A stretch of 46,383 nucleotides of DNA from an uncultured virus (IMG/VR IMGVR_UViG_3300014205_009245) (lineage: Duplodnaviria > Heunggongvirae > Uroviricota > Caudoviricetes). The translations under genes were made by a program, and so were the position numbers. The stretch lies in IMG/VR virus record IMGVR_UViG_3300014205_009245; one strand, given 5' to 3'. Below the pieces are notes generated by a model. That model was not told the origin of the DNA and made no database searches. It worked only from the letters and a program-made list of their open reading frames with translations. Positions 1-8,399 of this stretch are shown here, piece after piece (the first letter of the stretch is position 1; every line of letters starts with the position of its first letter).

Positions 1-125
1 ACTGTATGTCCAGCATTAGCGCCACCCGAGTATCTAACTACAATATCGTAGTCGGATGAGAGTAAATCAGTAATTTTCCCTTTGGCCTCGTCGCCGAAAA
101 ACAAGCCCACTATAGATGTGTTCAA
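1..125 (-). CDS. purA: Adenylosuccinate synthetase, 5' part (runs off window edge)
   Basis: Hand translation from TTG at 125 (GGGAG RBS upstream): [41 protein letters not shown], matching the PurA GDEGKGK and GGxNAGHT motifs. Not in the ORF track. Confidence 0.88.
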   Translation of the reverse strand, partial: MNTSIVGLFFGDEAKGKITDLLSSDYDIVVRYSGGANAGHT

Positions 126-138
126 TTTATTCTCCCTT

Positions 139-1005
139 TTATTTTAAGCATAGTGCTCCCTCTCGTATCCATGAGTAAGCAACCGTTCCATCGCCAAATA
201 CAACTAATTGCCTAACAAAATCCTTGTGCCTATTATGTTTAGTTACGTAATCAGTAAACCTTAATATATTTCCTTTGTAATCAAATACTCCACCGCCCCA
301 CGAATGGCTATGACACAATTTGGCGTTTCTATTCAACCACCATTTAATCCCCCACATACCCAATCTCGATGGAGTATATTTGTTGCGAGTCCCATCTGGA
401 TTTCCAATCGCCCATGATGTGATATTGTCAACTCCATATCGAATCAGTCGTTCAACAGCACATGCGTATTCATCGGCGCAATCAATTCCGCCTTTCCTTA
501 AAAGAAGAGTGCACCTAACACCTAACCCATACGCACTAATATTACTAAATATATGGCTAAATTCTGGATATTCAAAAATATTATATGCCTCTGCCTGTCT
601 ATACCGAATAGGGCTATGGATAGAAACTGCGATATTTGTCATACCTAATTCTTTCCAAATTGGTAAATAACTTCTGCAGAAGACATCATCGCCTATTAAT
701 ATTCCATTTGTAAACAAGTTTACATTGGGGAAATAAGCGCCTTGATATGCGCATTTTTGGTATACTTTTAACGCATTAGTGACCGCATCTGGCTCACACG
801 TAGGTTCTCCGGAACTAGTAAGGGATAGTGACCATCCACCATATCTTGCAGATAATTTTATAGCGGATTCGAGGTTTTTATTATATTTCATCACGTCGCA
901 AAACTGCGACCGCAGATATTTTCCGGCACAGAATGAACAATTTGCATTGCATTTGCCAGTTCCCACAACTGCTGAAACGCTATAAATCTTTTCAATGCAT
1001 GCCAT
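139..1005 (-). CDS. Radical SAM protein
   Basis: CNANCSFC (CX3CX2C) motif, SSGEPT (GGEP-like) and FTNG motifs. Start reassigned to ATG 1005 behind GGAG. Confidence 0.85.
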   Translation of the reverse strand: MACIEKIYSVSAVVGTGKCNANCSFCAGKYLRSQFCDVMKYNKNLESAIKLSARYGGWSLSLTSSGEPTCEPDAVTNALKVYQKCAYQGAYFPNVNLFTNGILIGDDVFCRSYLPIWKELGMTNIAVSIHSPIRYRQAEAYNIFEYPEFSHIFSNISAYGLGVRCTLLLRKGGIDCADEYACAVERLIRYGVDNITSWAIGNPDGTRNKYTPSRLGMWGIKWWLNRNAKLCHSHSWGGGVFDYKGNILRFTDYVTKHNRHKDFVRQLVVFGDGTVAYSWIREGALCLK

Positions 1006-1006
1006 T

Positions 1007-1813
1007 TCAAAACTCCATCTGAATGTCTTCTTTTTCAGTCGATTGAAGTATCCAATTATCATTTTGGCAGCAATATCCACAAAGGTAGTCGTTACTGCAT
1101 GCGCCGGTATCTATTAATCGCAATTTTCCGGATGCGATTGGCGTCGGCGAATTATAGCATTTTACCGGTGAGTGACCGAATACTCCAATTTTGTCCCAAA
1201 CGTGATCTTGTATAAGCAAATTCCCAGACACATCTTGCATAAACCTATCCCATAAAGATGCGTATAATAATTGTAAATTAGGGCTAGTAGTATTCAGACT
1301 ATTATTTTCCAATCCCCAATGAGGGGGATAGTAACCATGACACGCAAAATGGGTTTTATTCTCCCACCATAATACAAGATCATCCTTTACGAATTTTTTA
1401 TGAGAATCTGGAATATTTTTACGAAATTCAATCCCTACTTGATCTAAATTTGCACCTAAAGACAAATGTGATTTCATGCCATAACTTATGGCCGTCTCGT
1501 CGAAGCCATTACATTTCCACCATTCAATTAATTGTTGCATTTCTGGTGGTTTTTGTGGAAAATAAACAGCAACCGTGCAAGATCCGCCGTTTATTATTTC
1601 ATCAATCACATCATCGTGGTTGCCCCTGAGGCAGACCGCACCGCCAGATTGTAATTGAATTAATAAATCAACGACTTTGTTAGAGTGCAGTCCTCTATCA
1701 AAATAATCACCCAGAAAAATAAATCGAGCACTTGAATCGACTTTACTTATTCTATCGATTAATCTTTGTAGAGTATAAAAACATCCGTGAATGTCGCCGA
1801 TGCACCAATCCAA
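1007..1813 (-). CDS. Ser/Thr protein phosphatase family metallophosphoesterase
   Basis: GDIHG, GDYFDRG, RGNHD, HG, GHSP and IDTG motifs. TTG start behind GAGAGG. Confidence 0.9.
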   Translation of the reverse strand: MDWCIGDIHGCFYTLQRLIDRISKVDSSARFIFLGDYFDRGLHSNKVVDLLIQLQSGGAVCLRGNHDDVIDEIINGGSCTVAVYFPQKPPEMQQLIEWWKCNGFDETAISYGMKSHLSLGANLDQVGIEFRKNIPDSHKKFVKDDLVLWWENKTHFACHGYYPPHWGLENNSLNTTSPNLQLLYASLWDRFMQDVSGNLLIQDHVWDKIGVFGHSPVKCYNSPTPIASGKLRLIDTGACSNDYLCGYCCQNDNWILQSTEKEDIQMEF

Positions 1814-1865
1814 TCATTACCTCTCTGATTCCGACAATAGAAATCTGCGTCTTTAGTAGATGATA

Positions 1866-2276
1866 TTATGCTCTTATTCTTATCTTAATTTTTCCATCTT
1901 CTGTTGTTTTCTGAACTTTAATTTTTTTGAATCCCATTTTTGCACATTGCTTAATAGCTTTATGCTTGCCATAAATCTGCTTTAACTTTTTCATAAAATC
2001 AACAGCTTGTTTTTTATTTCCACCTTTATCAAACTCGGAAATTATCATTTCATAATTGCCATTGGGCTTTTTAAGAAATCCAATATCATTTGACGCGTTT
2101 CCAACATTTCGCCTTCGCACGATAATATTGGCCACTTGTTCTCTTTGGTCCCCCATATATCCATTCAAATGCGATGCTTCTTTGTGTTCTTCATAGACAT
2201 ACCCTAGCTCCTCAAGTGCAGCTTTGATGCAATCACCATCATTCATAGCAAGTTCAATTAATGAATATTCTGAAAT
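1866..2276 (-). CDS. DUF1257 (Ycf35-like) protein, probable ATT start
   Basis: NDIGF..NGNYEMI and C-terminal GKIKIRI pattern. AGGAGG (2283-2288) lies 6 nt before an in-frame ATT at 2276, giving (M)SEYSLIELAMND. Confidence 0.72.
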   Translation of the reverse strand: MSEYSLIELAMNDGDCIKAALEELGYVYEEHKEASHLNGYMGDQREQVANIIVRRRNVGNASNDIGFLKKPNGNYEMIISEFDKGGNKKQAVDFMKKLKQIYGKHKAIKQCAKMGFKKIKVQKTTEDGKIKIRIRA

Positions 2277-2338
2277 TCTACGCCTCCTTTCGGTGTCTTA
2301 TCTAATTTTGCGCCACATTTATTACAAATTTTACTCAT
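2258..2338 (-). CDS. Putative 26-aa CxxC peptide (MSKICNKCGAKLDKTPKGGVEFQNIH)
   Basis: ATG overlaps the upstream TGA (ATGA coupling) and the ORF overlaps the next gene start. Very short. Confidence 0.3.
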   Translation of the reverse strand: MSKICNKCGAKLDKTPKGGVEFQNIH

Positions 2339-2498
2339 ATTTTCAGGCTTTTGATTATGTTAATTCTATTTTCAACAGATTCACGAGCAGATTCAAGGAG
2401 TCCTATGGGTATGCCGTCGGAATCAGAGTATGTTCGTTCCACCAAATCATTTCAGACGTTTGTAATTTCATCGGATCTATTATCTATTGGGATTCGAA
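2335..2498 (-). pseudogene. 3' fragment of the hypothetical gene interrupted by the tnpB element
   Basis: Joining 3868 to 2498 restores the frame: ...HKLSFRIPIDNRSDEITNV*NDLVERTYSDSDGIPIGLLESARESVENRINIIKSLKI*, with one internal TGA at 2452-2454. Confidence 0.6.
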
Positions 2499-2506
2499 AT
2501 CAACTA

Positions 2507-2529
2507 CCCAACCGCTAAAGACGGTCGGG
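2507..2529 (-). repeat. IS right-end hairpin (likely 3' part of the TnpB omegaRNA scaffold)
   Basis: Minus strand CCCGACCGTCTTTAGCGGTTGGG followed by TAGTTGAT, overlapping the tnpB stop codon. Confidence 0.7.
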
Positions 2530-3732
2530 TTTGCTCCTTAACAGGAACGATTGGCTGGTTGATAGCAGCCTGCCTGTAACGTTTAACCTGCCGCGTAGCG
2601 GCAAATTAAAGGAGACAGGGTGTTTAGCTCCTTTCGCTTCTTGAGTCTGAACATACTTACGAGCTATATTAATAGCTGCATTCCAATCTGCATCAAATAT
2701 AACTCCATCAGAAGATATAAACCCACATCCCTTACGCTCTCCTCCAGCCAAACCTCTATGATCTCTTTGACTGGTATAAGCAGGGTTAACCGTTTTAATC
2801 CTCTTCCCTCGAAGAGGTGCCTTGTAGGTCAGGATGCTCAACAGCATCCCAAAGGGGACCTGACTAAGTCTATTCTTGGACGACTTGCTCTTCTTGTAAT
2901 TATCCTTCTTCAATTTCTTTTTCTTCAAATTGGACAAGTCTTCCAGAACAATTGTATTGGAACTAGTTTCAAGAATTTTGTTAGCTAGATGGTGAGACAA
3001 GTTCTTATTTTTGTTTCTCTCTTGTCTACGAAGCTTGTGCAGTTTTCTCTTTGATGAGTGTGAGTTAGTCTTTTGCTTTTTGGAGTTTAAGACTCGTTTG
3101 AGATAACGGAGAGAACGTTTCTGTCTGAGGAAATCTTTATCAGTGAGAGCCAGACCTTCTGATGTCACGGCGAAACGCCTTTCGCCAAGGTCTACCCCGA
3201 GACAGGTGTTTTCTACAAAAGTTGGTTCTGGAACTTCAAATGACACAGAGAGCCAAAACTCGTTGTCCCTCATAAAGATGAGAGGATCACAAGCAGAATA
3301 CTTTGAGAATAGTTCCTCGAACTTATCATAAGGCTGGTAGGAACAGATGATACGTTTTCCAGTTGTGGTCAGTTTAATTCTGTTACCGTCAAGAAAGGTG
3401 TAGAGCCGCTTGTCTAGCCGAATGCTTAAGTTGGTTTGCTGACACGGTTCTTCTAGTTGGTTGAGCATTTTTGTGGTTTTTAGAGCTTTGTAGGTGGCGT
3501 AGACAGAGTCTTTTGCTCGTATAATAACTTGAGAGGGAGCATCAGGAAAGAGTTTTCTGCACTTATGGTAGTTGCGGTCATACATAATCTTCTTATTAAA
3601 CATCTGGTGTTGAAAGGTATCTTTAGAGATATGGTTCCAGATTTTTTGATGTTCGACAAGAGTTTGCAGAAGGAGAACATGGTCTTCTGCTGATTGAGTG
3701 TGTAACTGAATGTTGTAGGTTAAGTTACTCAT
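2515..3732 (-). CDS. tnpB: TnpB RNA-guided endonuclease
   Basis: RuvC-I GVDLG, RuvC-II VLEDL, VNPAYTSQ, RuvC-III DADWNAAINI; 405 aa. Confidence 0.93.
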   Translation of the reverse strand: MSNLTYNIQLHTQSAEDHVLLLQTLVEHQKIWNHISKDTFQHQMFNKKIMYDRNYHKCRKLFPDAPSQVIIRAKDSVYATYKALKTTKMLNQLEEPCQQTNLSIRLDKRLYTFLDGNRIKLTTTGKRIICSYQPYDKFEELFSKYSACDPLIFMRDNEFWLSVSFEVPEPTFVENTCLGVDLGERRFAVTSEGLALTDKDFLRQKRSLRYLKRVLNSKKQKTNSHSSKRKLHKLRRQERNKNKNLSHHLANKILETSSNTIVLEDLSNLKKKKLKKDNYKKSKSSKNRLSQVPFGMLLSILTYKAPLRGKRIKTVNPAYTSQRDHRGLAGGERKGCGFISSDGVIFDADWNAAINIARKYVQTQEAKGAKHPVSFNLPLRGRLNVTGRLLSTSQSFLLRSKPDRL

Positions 3733-3813
3733 AATTACTACATACGGAGAAATTATACAAGTTCCTTTGTGGAATTTGAGAAAAGTTCAAAATATTTTGA
3801 GAGAAAGGAGAGA

Positions 3814-3860
3814 CAGTCAATTCCTCCGCTTGGCTGAAGACCAAGCGGTTTCCTTGACTG
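3814..3860 (-). repeat. IS left-end hairpin
   Basis: Nested inverted repeats cagtcaa/ttgactg (3814-3820/3854-3860) and ccgcttgg/ccaagcgg (3826-3833/3841-3848). Confidence 0.8.
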
Positions 3861-3867
3861 CAGCGAA

Positions 3868-4000
3868 ATGAAAGTTTATGAATTTGTTCTCCATATTTTA
3901 TCTTCACTTTATATTCTACCCCCATGCCCACTTTAGAGATATTCCCCCTGTGAATATCAATCCAGCACTCTCTGTCTTCAAATACAAACGGCTCAATCAC
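3868..4000 (-). pseudogene. 5' fragment of the interrupted hypothetical gene
   Basis: GTG start behind AGAGG. The tail of ORF-track 3725..4000 (QGNRLVFSQ...) is read-through into the IS left end. Confidence 0.62.
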
Positions 4001-4016
4001 GAAACACCTCTTCTTA

Positions 4017-4535
4017 TTATTCCCACTTCGCTGGAATATTGCAAATACTTCTTACATAATCAGCAAAATCCCTAACCACGCTCTCGCCGCCTCTTAGCAT
4101 TGAAACATACCCATCTTTGTGCGATCTTACAGTTTGCTGCACTTCTGGCACAGCATTAACCGGGCAGGCCGGCAAACCAACTAATTTCAATAAATCAATA
4201 TCATTGATATCGTCTCCTATAAAAGCCACATCACTCCATTCTGCAATACCTTTATCGATATATACTTCTTTAATTATCTTATCTTTGTGTCTTTGCCCAC
4301 TTAATATTGTAGCATACGGGCAAGATCGTGAAAATTGATTCTGGCACACATTAACTGAGGTTGTTATAATTCCTATTTTAATCCCTGATCTATATAGTAG
4401 TTCCAATCCCATCATATCTCTAGAATTAAATTTTTTGAGAAATAAGTCAAAATTATTAGAAGAAGGAACATAAAACCCGCCATCAGTAAGACATCCATCA
4501 AGATCTGTCAAAAATAGCTTAATACATTTCGTCAC
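4017..4535 (-). CDS. KdsC-like HAD phosphatase (KDO8P/KDN9P phosphatase)
   Basis: LTDLDGCLTDG, F..RD..G, IGDDIND and GG..VVRDF motifs. Confidence 0.88.
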   Translation of the reverse strand: MTKCIKLFLTDLDGCLTDGGFYVPSSNNFDLFLKKFNSRDMMGLELLYRSGIKIGIITTSVNVCQNQFSRSCPYATILSGQRHKDKIIKEVYIDKGIAEWSDVAFIGDDINDIDLLKLVGLPACPVNAVPEVQQTVRSHKDGYVSMLRGGESVVRDFADYVRSICNIPAKWE

Positions 4536-5428
4536 TAGTTTATCCTCAATTTCTTTCTTTGGTTCATTTCTTCTTCAGTAATAGCAGATTTATAAGAAAG
4601 CGCCAATCGAACTGCTTTTATATCTCGACATAATCGTCTCATCCCATCTGGTTCCAGAGATGCCGCAGCATCTGAATGCCTAAATGTCCTGTCGTCAATA
4701 AAATGTCGTTCAATCCATTCCGCACCTAAAATATAAGCAGCAATATCTGATGCAATCCCGTAACCATGATTACTGAATCCTATACAGACTTCGTCTGAGG
4801 GTCTGTTCCATGTAAACGCTGCTTTTTCCCGTAGATTACTTACTTCTAACAAATACAACCTATCAAACGGACAGGGGTATTCTGATGTGCAATGATACAT
4901 CACAATACGATTCAAATTATCACAATTACAAGCGATAAAGTGCAGAAGAGAAGAAATTTCATCAGAACTCGACATCCCTGTAGAAATATGCACTTGCCCA
5001 GAATAATTACATAGTAAAAATTTAATAACATCAAAATTGCCGTTAGTAGGGGAACCAATTTTAATAAAGTCTGGATTTAAACTCACTATTTCTTTGGCAG
5101 AAGTCATATCCCAAACAGATGAACTATATCCTATGCCTATATTTTCACAAAACTGTTTCAGTTCTTTGTGCTGTTCAATCGATAGTTCCAGATTAATTCG
5201 ATGTTCTAAATATGTATTGCCGTAAGCAAAAAGATTGTTGGGATGAGGATTATGTCGTAAATCTGGCGGGACGCACTCAATGGGATTTCTTTTCTGAAGC
5301 TTTACATAGTCAGCACCAGCCAGGGCGGCCAATTTTATAAGTATCTTAGCACGTTCTATCTGCCCAGCGTGAGATGCTCCTATCTCAGCGACAATTTTGC
5401 ATTCATGCAGTGTCACTATATCTCCCAC
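4535..5428 (-). CDS. neuB: N-acetylneuraminate/KDN(-9-P) synthase (NeuB/SpsE family), no C-terminal AFP-like domain
   Basis: IVAEIG.SH.G, GADYVKLQKR, ISTGMS, HCTSEYP, GFSNH, IERHF and D..ASLEP motifs; 297 aa. Confidence 0.9.
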   Translation of the reverse strand: MGDIVTLHECKIVAEIGASHAGQIERAKILIKLAALAGADYVKLQKRNPIECVPPDLRHNPHPNNLFAYGNTYLEHRINLELSIEQHKELKQFCENIGIGYSSSVWDMTSAKEIVSLNPDFIKIGSPTNGNFDVIKFLLCNYSGQVHISTGMSSSDEISSLLHFIACNCDNLNRIVMYHCTSEYPCPFDRLYLLEVSNLREKAAFTWNRPSDEVCIGFSNHGYGIASDIAAYILGAEWIERHFIDDRTFRHSDAAASLEPDGMRRLCRDIKAVRLALSYKSAITEEEMNQRKKLRIN

Positions 5429-6150
5429 TCAAACCGCATGTCATCTAGGTTTATTGATCGTAGTATTGCATCGCACATATACAGTTGTTGCATTGTATCG
5501 ATTTGAATTCCCTCTAATTCAGATATGACAAAAACACGGGGATTATCTCCCAGTCTACACTTAGTTTCTAATAGCATCTCAACATTCGATATGTAAACAT
5601 TCCCATTATCAAAATAATTCCAATTTTCACGACTTAATTGTTGTTTCATTGGTCTGTCGTGCACATTATAAGTTGAATACCACATATAAGAATTTTCGTG
5701 AAATCTTTCTATCCAGTAAAAATCATTTAGTTTTGTTGTGGTAACAAGGCAATTGTATCCTCCATCGGCGTATTCACGCATACACCTTTTTATGAGCCCT
5801 TTAAATCTAATAGGACTCGTTGGCTGTAGGCAAATTATTGAATGAATATTATGTTTTAATGGGTAAGAATAATATGCATCAATTAGGCATGCTTCAGTAG
5901 ACGATGTATCTGTTGATATTTCAGCAGGACGATCCCGAGTCATAACGCCAAGGCTGAGAGCTAAATCTAGAATTTCCTGGCTGTCTGATGATACAACGAT
6001 ATTTTTCTTGGATATTCCATCCCGAATGGCTTGTGTAATTGAATGTTCTACTAATGGTTTGCCGGCAACAATTTGCATGTTTTTTCTGGCTATACCCTTA
6101 GACCCACATCTAGCAGGAATGACACATAAAAATTTATCAATATCGATCAT
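5416..6150 (-). CDS. neuA: Acylneuraminate cytidylyltransferase (CMP-nonulosonate synthetase)
   Basis: IPARCGSKGI..KN, LQPTSPIR, NGNVY and IDT motifs. Confidence 0.9.
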   Translation of the reverse strand: MIDIDKFLCVIPARCGSKGIARKNMQIVAGKPLVEHSITQAIRDGISKKNIVVSSDSQEILDLALSLGVMTRDRPAEISTDTSSTEACLIDAYYSYPLKHNIHSIICLQPTSPIRFKGLIKRCMREYADGGYNCLVTTTKLNDFYWIERFHENSYMWYSTYNVHDRPMKQQLSRENWNYFDNGNVYISNVEMLLETKCRLGDNPRVFVISELEGIQIDTMQQLYMCDAILRSINLDDMRFEWEI

Positions 6151-6875
6151 GTAATATTATACATTCGAAAAACATCATCCAGAGACATTCGGTCAAAACA
6201 GTCGATTGTGCTTACTGGGGAAGCGTTGATGATACGGCATTTCTTTTTCATTTCATCAGATCTGATATTCCAATAATCTAAAATATCTGCGAGGTCCATA
6301 TCAGATATTACATTTTTACGCCTAATTTTCTTATATCTATCAATCGGATATTTGTCCAACCTTTTAGGATGCATGGTTTTGGGGAGCAACTGCCAGAACC
6401 AACGAACACCATCCGATGTTCTACAGCAATCAAGGCCCAATATAACAATAGGGTCGCACCCCATTATATGCGCGACATGAATAGCACTGCCAAGACTTGT
6501 TCGGGCCTGGCAAATATGATTTTTATAATTATCGTGCTCATACTCATCGGTTAAATTATATCCTGTACGATGCCGGAATACTACCGACCGACCTCCAAAC
6601 CAATTTACAACATGCGATAGTTTGTTTTCGTAAAGCAAAACCGTAGTTGAAATATTATTTCGTAAATTTTCCGCAAAAAATGACCAATTGGCAACATCGT
6701 GGTCATCAGACAGAAAATATGTTGCATTTGGCATGGCAACGTAAGATGAATTCACAGCTATCGTGACATGTTTTTGCAGAGGTTCAAGATTCTGAAATGC
6801 AAGGGAGGGACCGCTACCCAAAACAAAGGCACATTCTCCCCGATGTATTTGATTAAATTCCTCTAAATTTCGCAT
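6147..6875 (-). CDS. DUF115/Maf-like (MptE-like) putative nonulosonate transferase, copy 1
   Basis: F...HRGECAFVLGSGPSL, IAVN, A.IMGC.PIVILGLD and IINAS pattern. Confidence 0.72.
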   Translation of the reverse strand: MRNLEEFNQIHRGECAFVLGSGPSLAFQNLEPLQKHVTIAVNSSYVAMPNATYFLSDDHDVANWSFFAENLRNNISTTVLLYENKLSHVVNWFGGRSVVFRHRTGYNLTDEYEHDNYKNHICQARTSLGSAIHVAHIMGCDPIVILGLDCCRTSDGVRWFWQLLPKTMHPKRLDKYPIDRYKKIRRKNVISDMDLADILDYWNIRSDEMKKKCRIINASPVSTIDCFDRMSLDDVFRMYNIT

Positions 6876-7654
6876 TCATCTATATCATCCATGAATCCAG
6901 TAAATCTACTGCACTGAGGTATTATATCATCCGGATTTTCGTTCAATGCGTTTATTTCATCTATTATTCCATCATAATCATGCTTATCGCTATTATTGCT
7001 AGATGTATTGACCCCAAGATTCGAATATTTATAGTTAGGGCAAAAGTCCCCAAGATTCGAATATTTATAGTTAGAGGGTTCTTTATCAAACAAAATTTTA
7101 TTTGCCATTTTAATGGAGCTAATAATTTTACACGAAGATTTTAAATCATATAAAGTAGAGAAATCAATACTCGAAGATACTTCCGGATGTGCGAAATGGA
7201 GAATATATTTACTCGGTAAATGTTTATAACCCAATTGCGCCATTGAATATCTTCGAGCGATACCTTCTCCTGCCACCAGGATTTGCCATACTGGAGCTTC
7301 GAATCCTCCCGGATCTCGATTCGTACTAACTGACCATGTAGCCAGGGGAGAAAAAATAGACTTTCCTCCTTCAAGCACTTTTAATTGGTCATTTGACATA
7401 TCAATTGCATTAATTGCATACCTCCGGTTCGGAGCTAAATGTATAGAAATTTTTTGAGCGGATGTAACAATTTCATCCGTGATCGATTTATCAACACATA
7501 TTGTTCTTGGCGAAAAATCATGAGGTAGGAAAAACCTGTCAAATTCGATAGCAGGACCAACTGGCCTAATTTCATACATTCCCTGGTAAAACCGAAAAAA
7601 CGTCGGTGCTGGTGCTAACTTGCCTTTCACGGAATTCCAATCAATTTCACTCAT
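6863..7654 (-). CDS. Phage SSB-like protein, paralog of 17392..18027
   Basis: Shares EIDWNSV, RPvG, RYA.N.ID, LK.LEGG.SIF and GEG.ARRY with 17392..18027; acidic tail. Confidence 0.6.
   Translation of the reverse strand: MSEIDWNSVKGKLAPAPTFFRFYQGMYEIRPVGPAIEFDRFFLPHDFSPRTICVDKSITDEIVTSAQKISIHLAPNRRYAINAIDMSNDQLKVLEGGKSIFSPLATWSVSTNRDPGGFEAPVWQILVAGEGIARRYSMAQLGYKHLPSKYILHFAHPEVSSSIDFSTLYDLKSSCKIISSIKMANKILFDKEPSNYKYSNLGDFCPNYKYSNLGVNTSSNNSDKHDYDGIIDEINALNENPDDIIPQCSRFTGFMDDIDECEI
7012..7074. repeat. 27-bp direct repeat x2, 36-bp period (in-frame NYKYSNLG duplication)
   Basis: ccccaagattcgaatatttatagttag at 7012-7038 and 7048-7074. Confidence 0.9.
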
Positions 7655-8399
7655 TTTCAGTTAAAGCCTTTTCCAGAGAAATTTTTTCGAACACATCAAC
7701 GGCGGACCTATAGCTACAATTATAAATATTTGAACCAGATCTTTTGGATAATTCCTGCAGTGATCTATAGACAGGAATATTTTCACTGAACGTTTGCAAT
7801 TGCTGATAAACATCAGGAACGTAATAAACACCCATTTTATCTATCCTTTGTGGCATTTGAGAGGCCGAAAAGAATTGCCAAAAATGAGATTTTCCTTGAA
7901 GCAATTTATGATCTACACCTAGCAAATAGATGTTCTTACATCCCATCAAAATAGCCAGGTCAATTGCCGTTGGAACAGAACTCACCTTACATAGACGGCT
8001 ACCATCATTAGATAGCGGCGGATTCTGCGAAAGCCGAGGTTTAAAATACCGAAAATTATGTCCTCGCAATCTATCATCCTGCCGATACCAACTTGTTCTC
8101 ACTATTTTATTACACTTAGACCGTAATACATACTTCCAAAAATAGTCCCACTTCATGCACAAGGAATCGTTCGATACCCAATATCTATTTTTTGTATCTC
8201 CATTTTTCCAGGACATTAATAGTATTGATGAATTTACGGAGATAACCACATGTTTATGAATCTCATCTAGTTTCAAAAATCCAATCGAAGGACCTGCACC
8301 ACAAATAAAGCACTTGCTTCCCGCGTGAACATTTTTCAGGTCAAACAGATCGTACTCTGGTTGCAAATCCCTAGATTTTCGAGTAGCTGATTTCTGCAT
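7647..8399 (-). CDS. DUF115/Maf-like putative nonulosonate transferase, copy 2
   Basis: LKNVHAGSKCFICGAGPS, ISVN, AILMGCKNIYLLGVD and IYNCS pattern. Confidence 0.72.
   Translation of the reverse strand: MQKSATRKSRDLQPEYDLFDLKNVHAGSKCFICGAGPSIGFLKLDEIHKHVVISVNSSILLMSWKNGDTKNRYWVSNDSLCMKWDYFWKYVLRSKCNKIVRTSWYRQDDRLRGHNFRYFKPRLSQNPPLSNDGSRLCKVSSVPTAIDLAILMGCKNIYLLGVDHKLLQGKSHFWQFFSASQMPQRIDKMGVYYVPDVYQQLQTFSENIPVYRSLQELSKRSGSNIYNCSYRSAVDVFEKISLEKALTENE

Larger units (their letters stand above)
2499..3867 (-). mobile_element. IS200/IS605-family (IS1341-like, tnpB only) insertion
   Basis: tnpB flanked by subterminal hairpins of IS605 type. Removing the segment restores a reading frame. No tnpA. 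Boundary is ambiguous by a few nt because ATTTCG occurs at both junctions. Confidence 0.8.

Noticed and set aside
1..125. PurZ (Z-genome) instead of PurA
   Set aside because: The motif is GDEAKGK with the catalytic Asp retained; PurZ has Ser at this position (GSxGKG).
2452..2454. TGA stop-codon reassignment
   Set aside because: Many intact genes here end in TGA with ATGA/GTGA coupling. The single in-frame TGA lies in a gene already broken by the IS.
2515..3732. Cas12f/type V effector
   Set aside because: Flanked by IS605-type hairpin ends with no array, and it interrupts a gene, so TnpB fits better.
2495..3869. 6-bp target-site duplication (cgaaat at 2495-2500 and 3864-3869)
   Set aside because: IS200/IS605 elements do not make TSDs; treated as junction microhomology that only blurs the boundary.
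3725..4000. tnpA or accessory gene upstream of tnpB
   Set aside because: No HUH/Y1 or serine-recombinase motif; it is the 5' half of the interrupted gene reading into the IS end.
7012..7074. Mini CRISPR array
   Set aside because: Only two copies with a 9-bp gap, in frame within a CDS; a simple tandem duplication.
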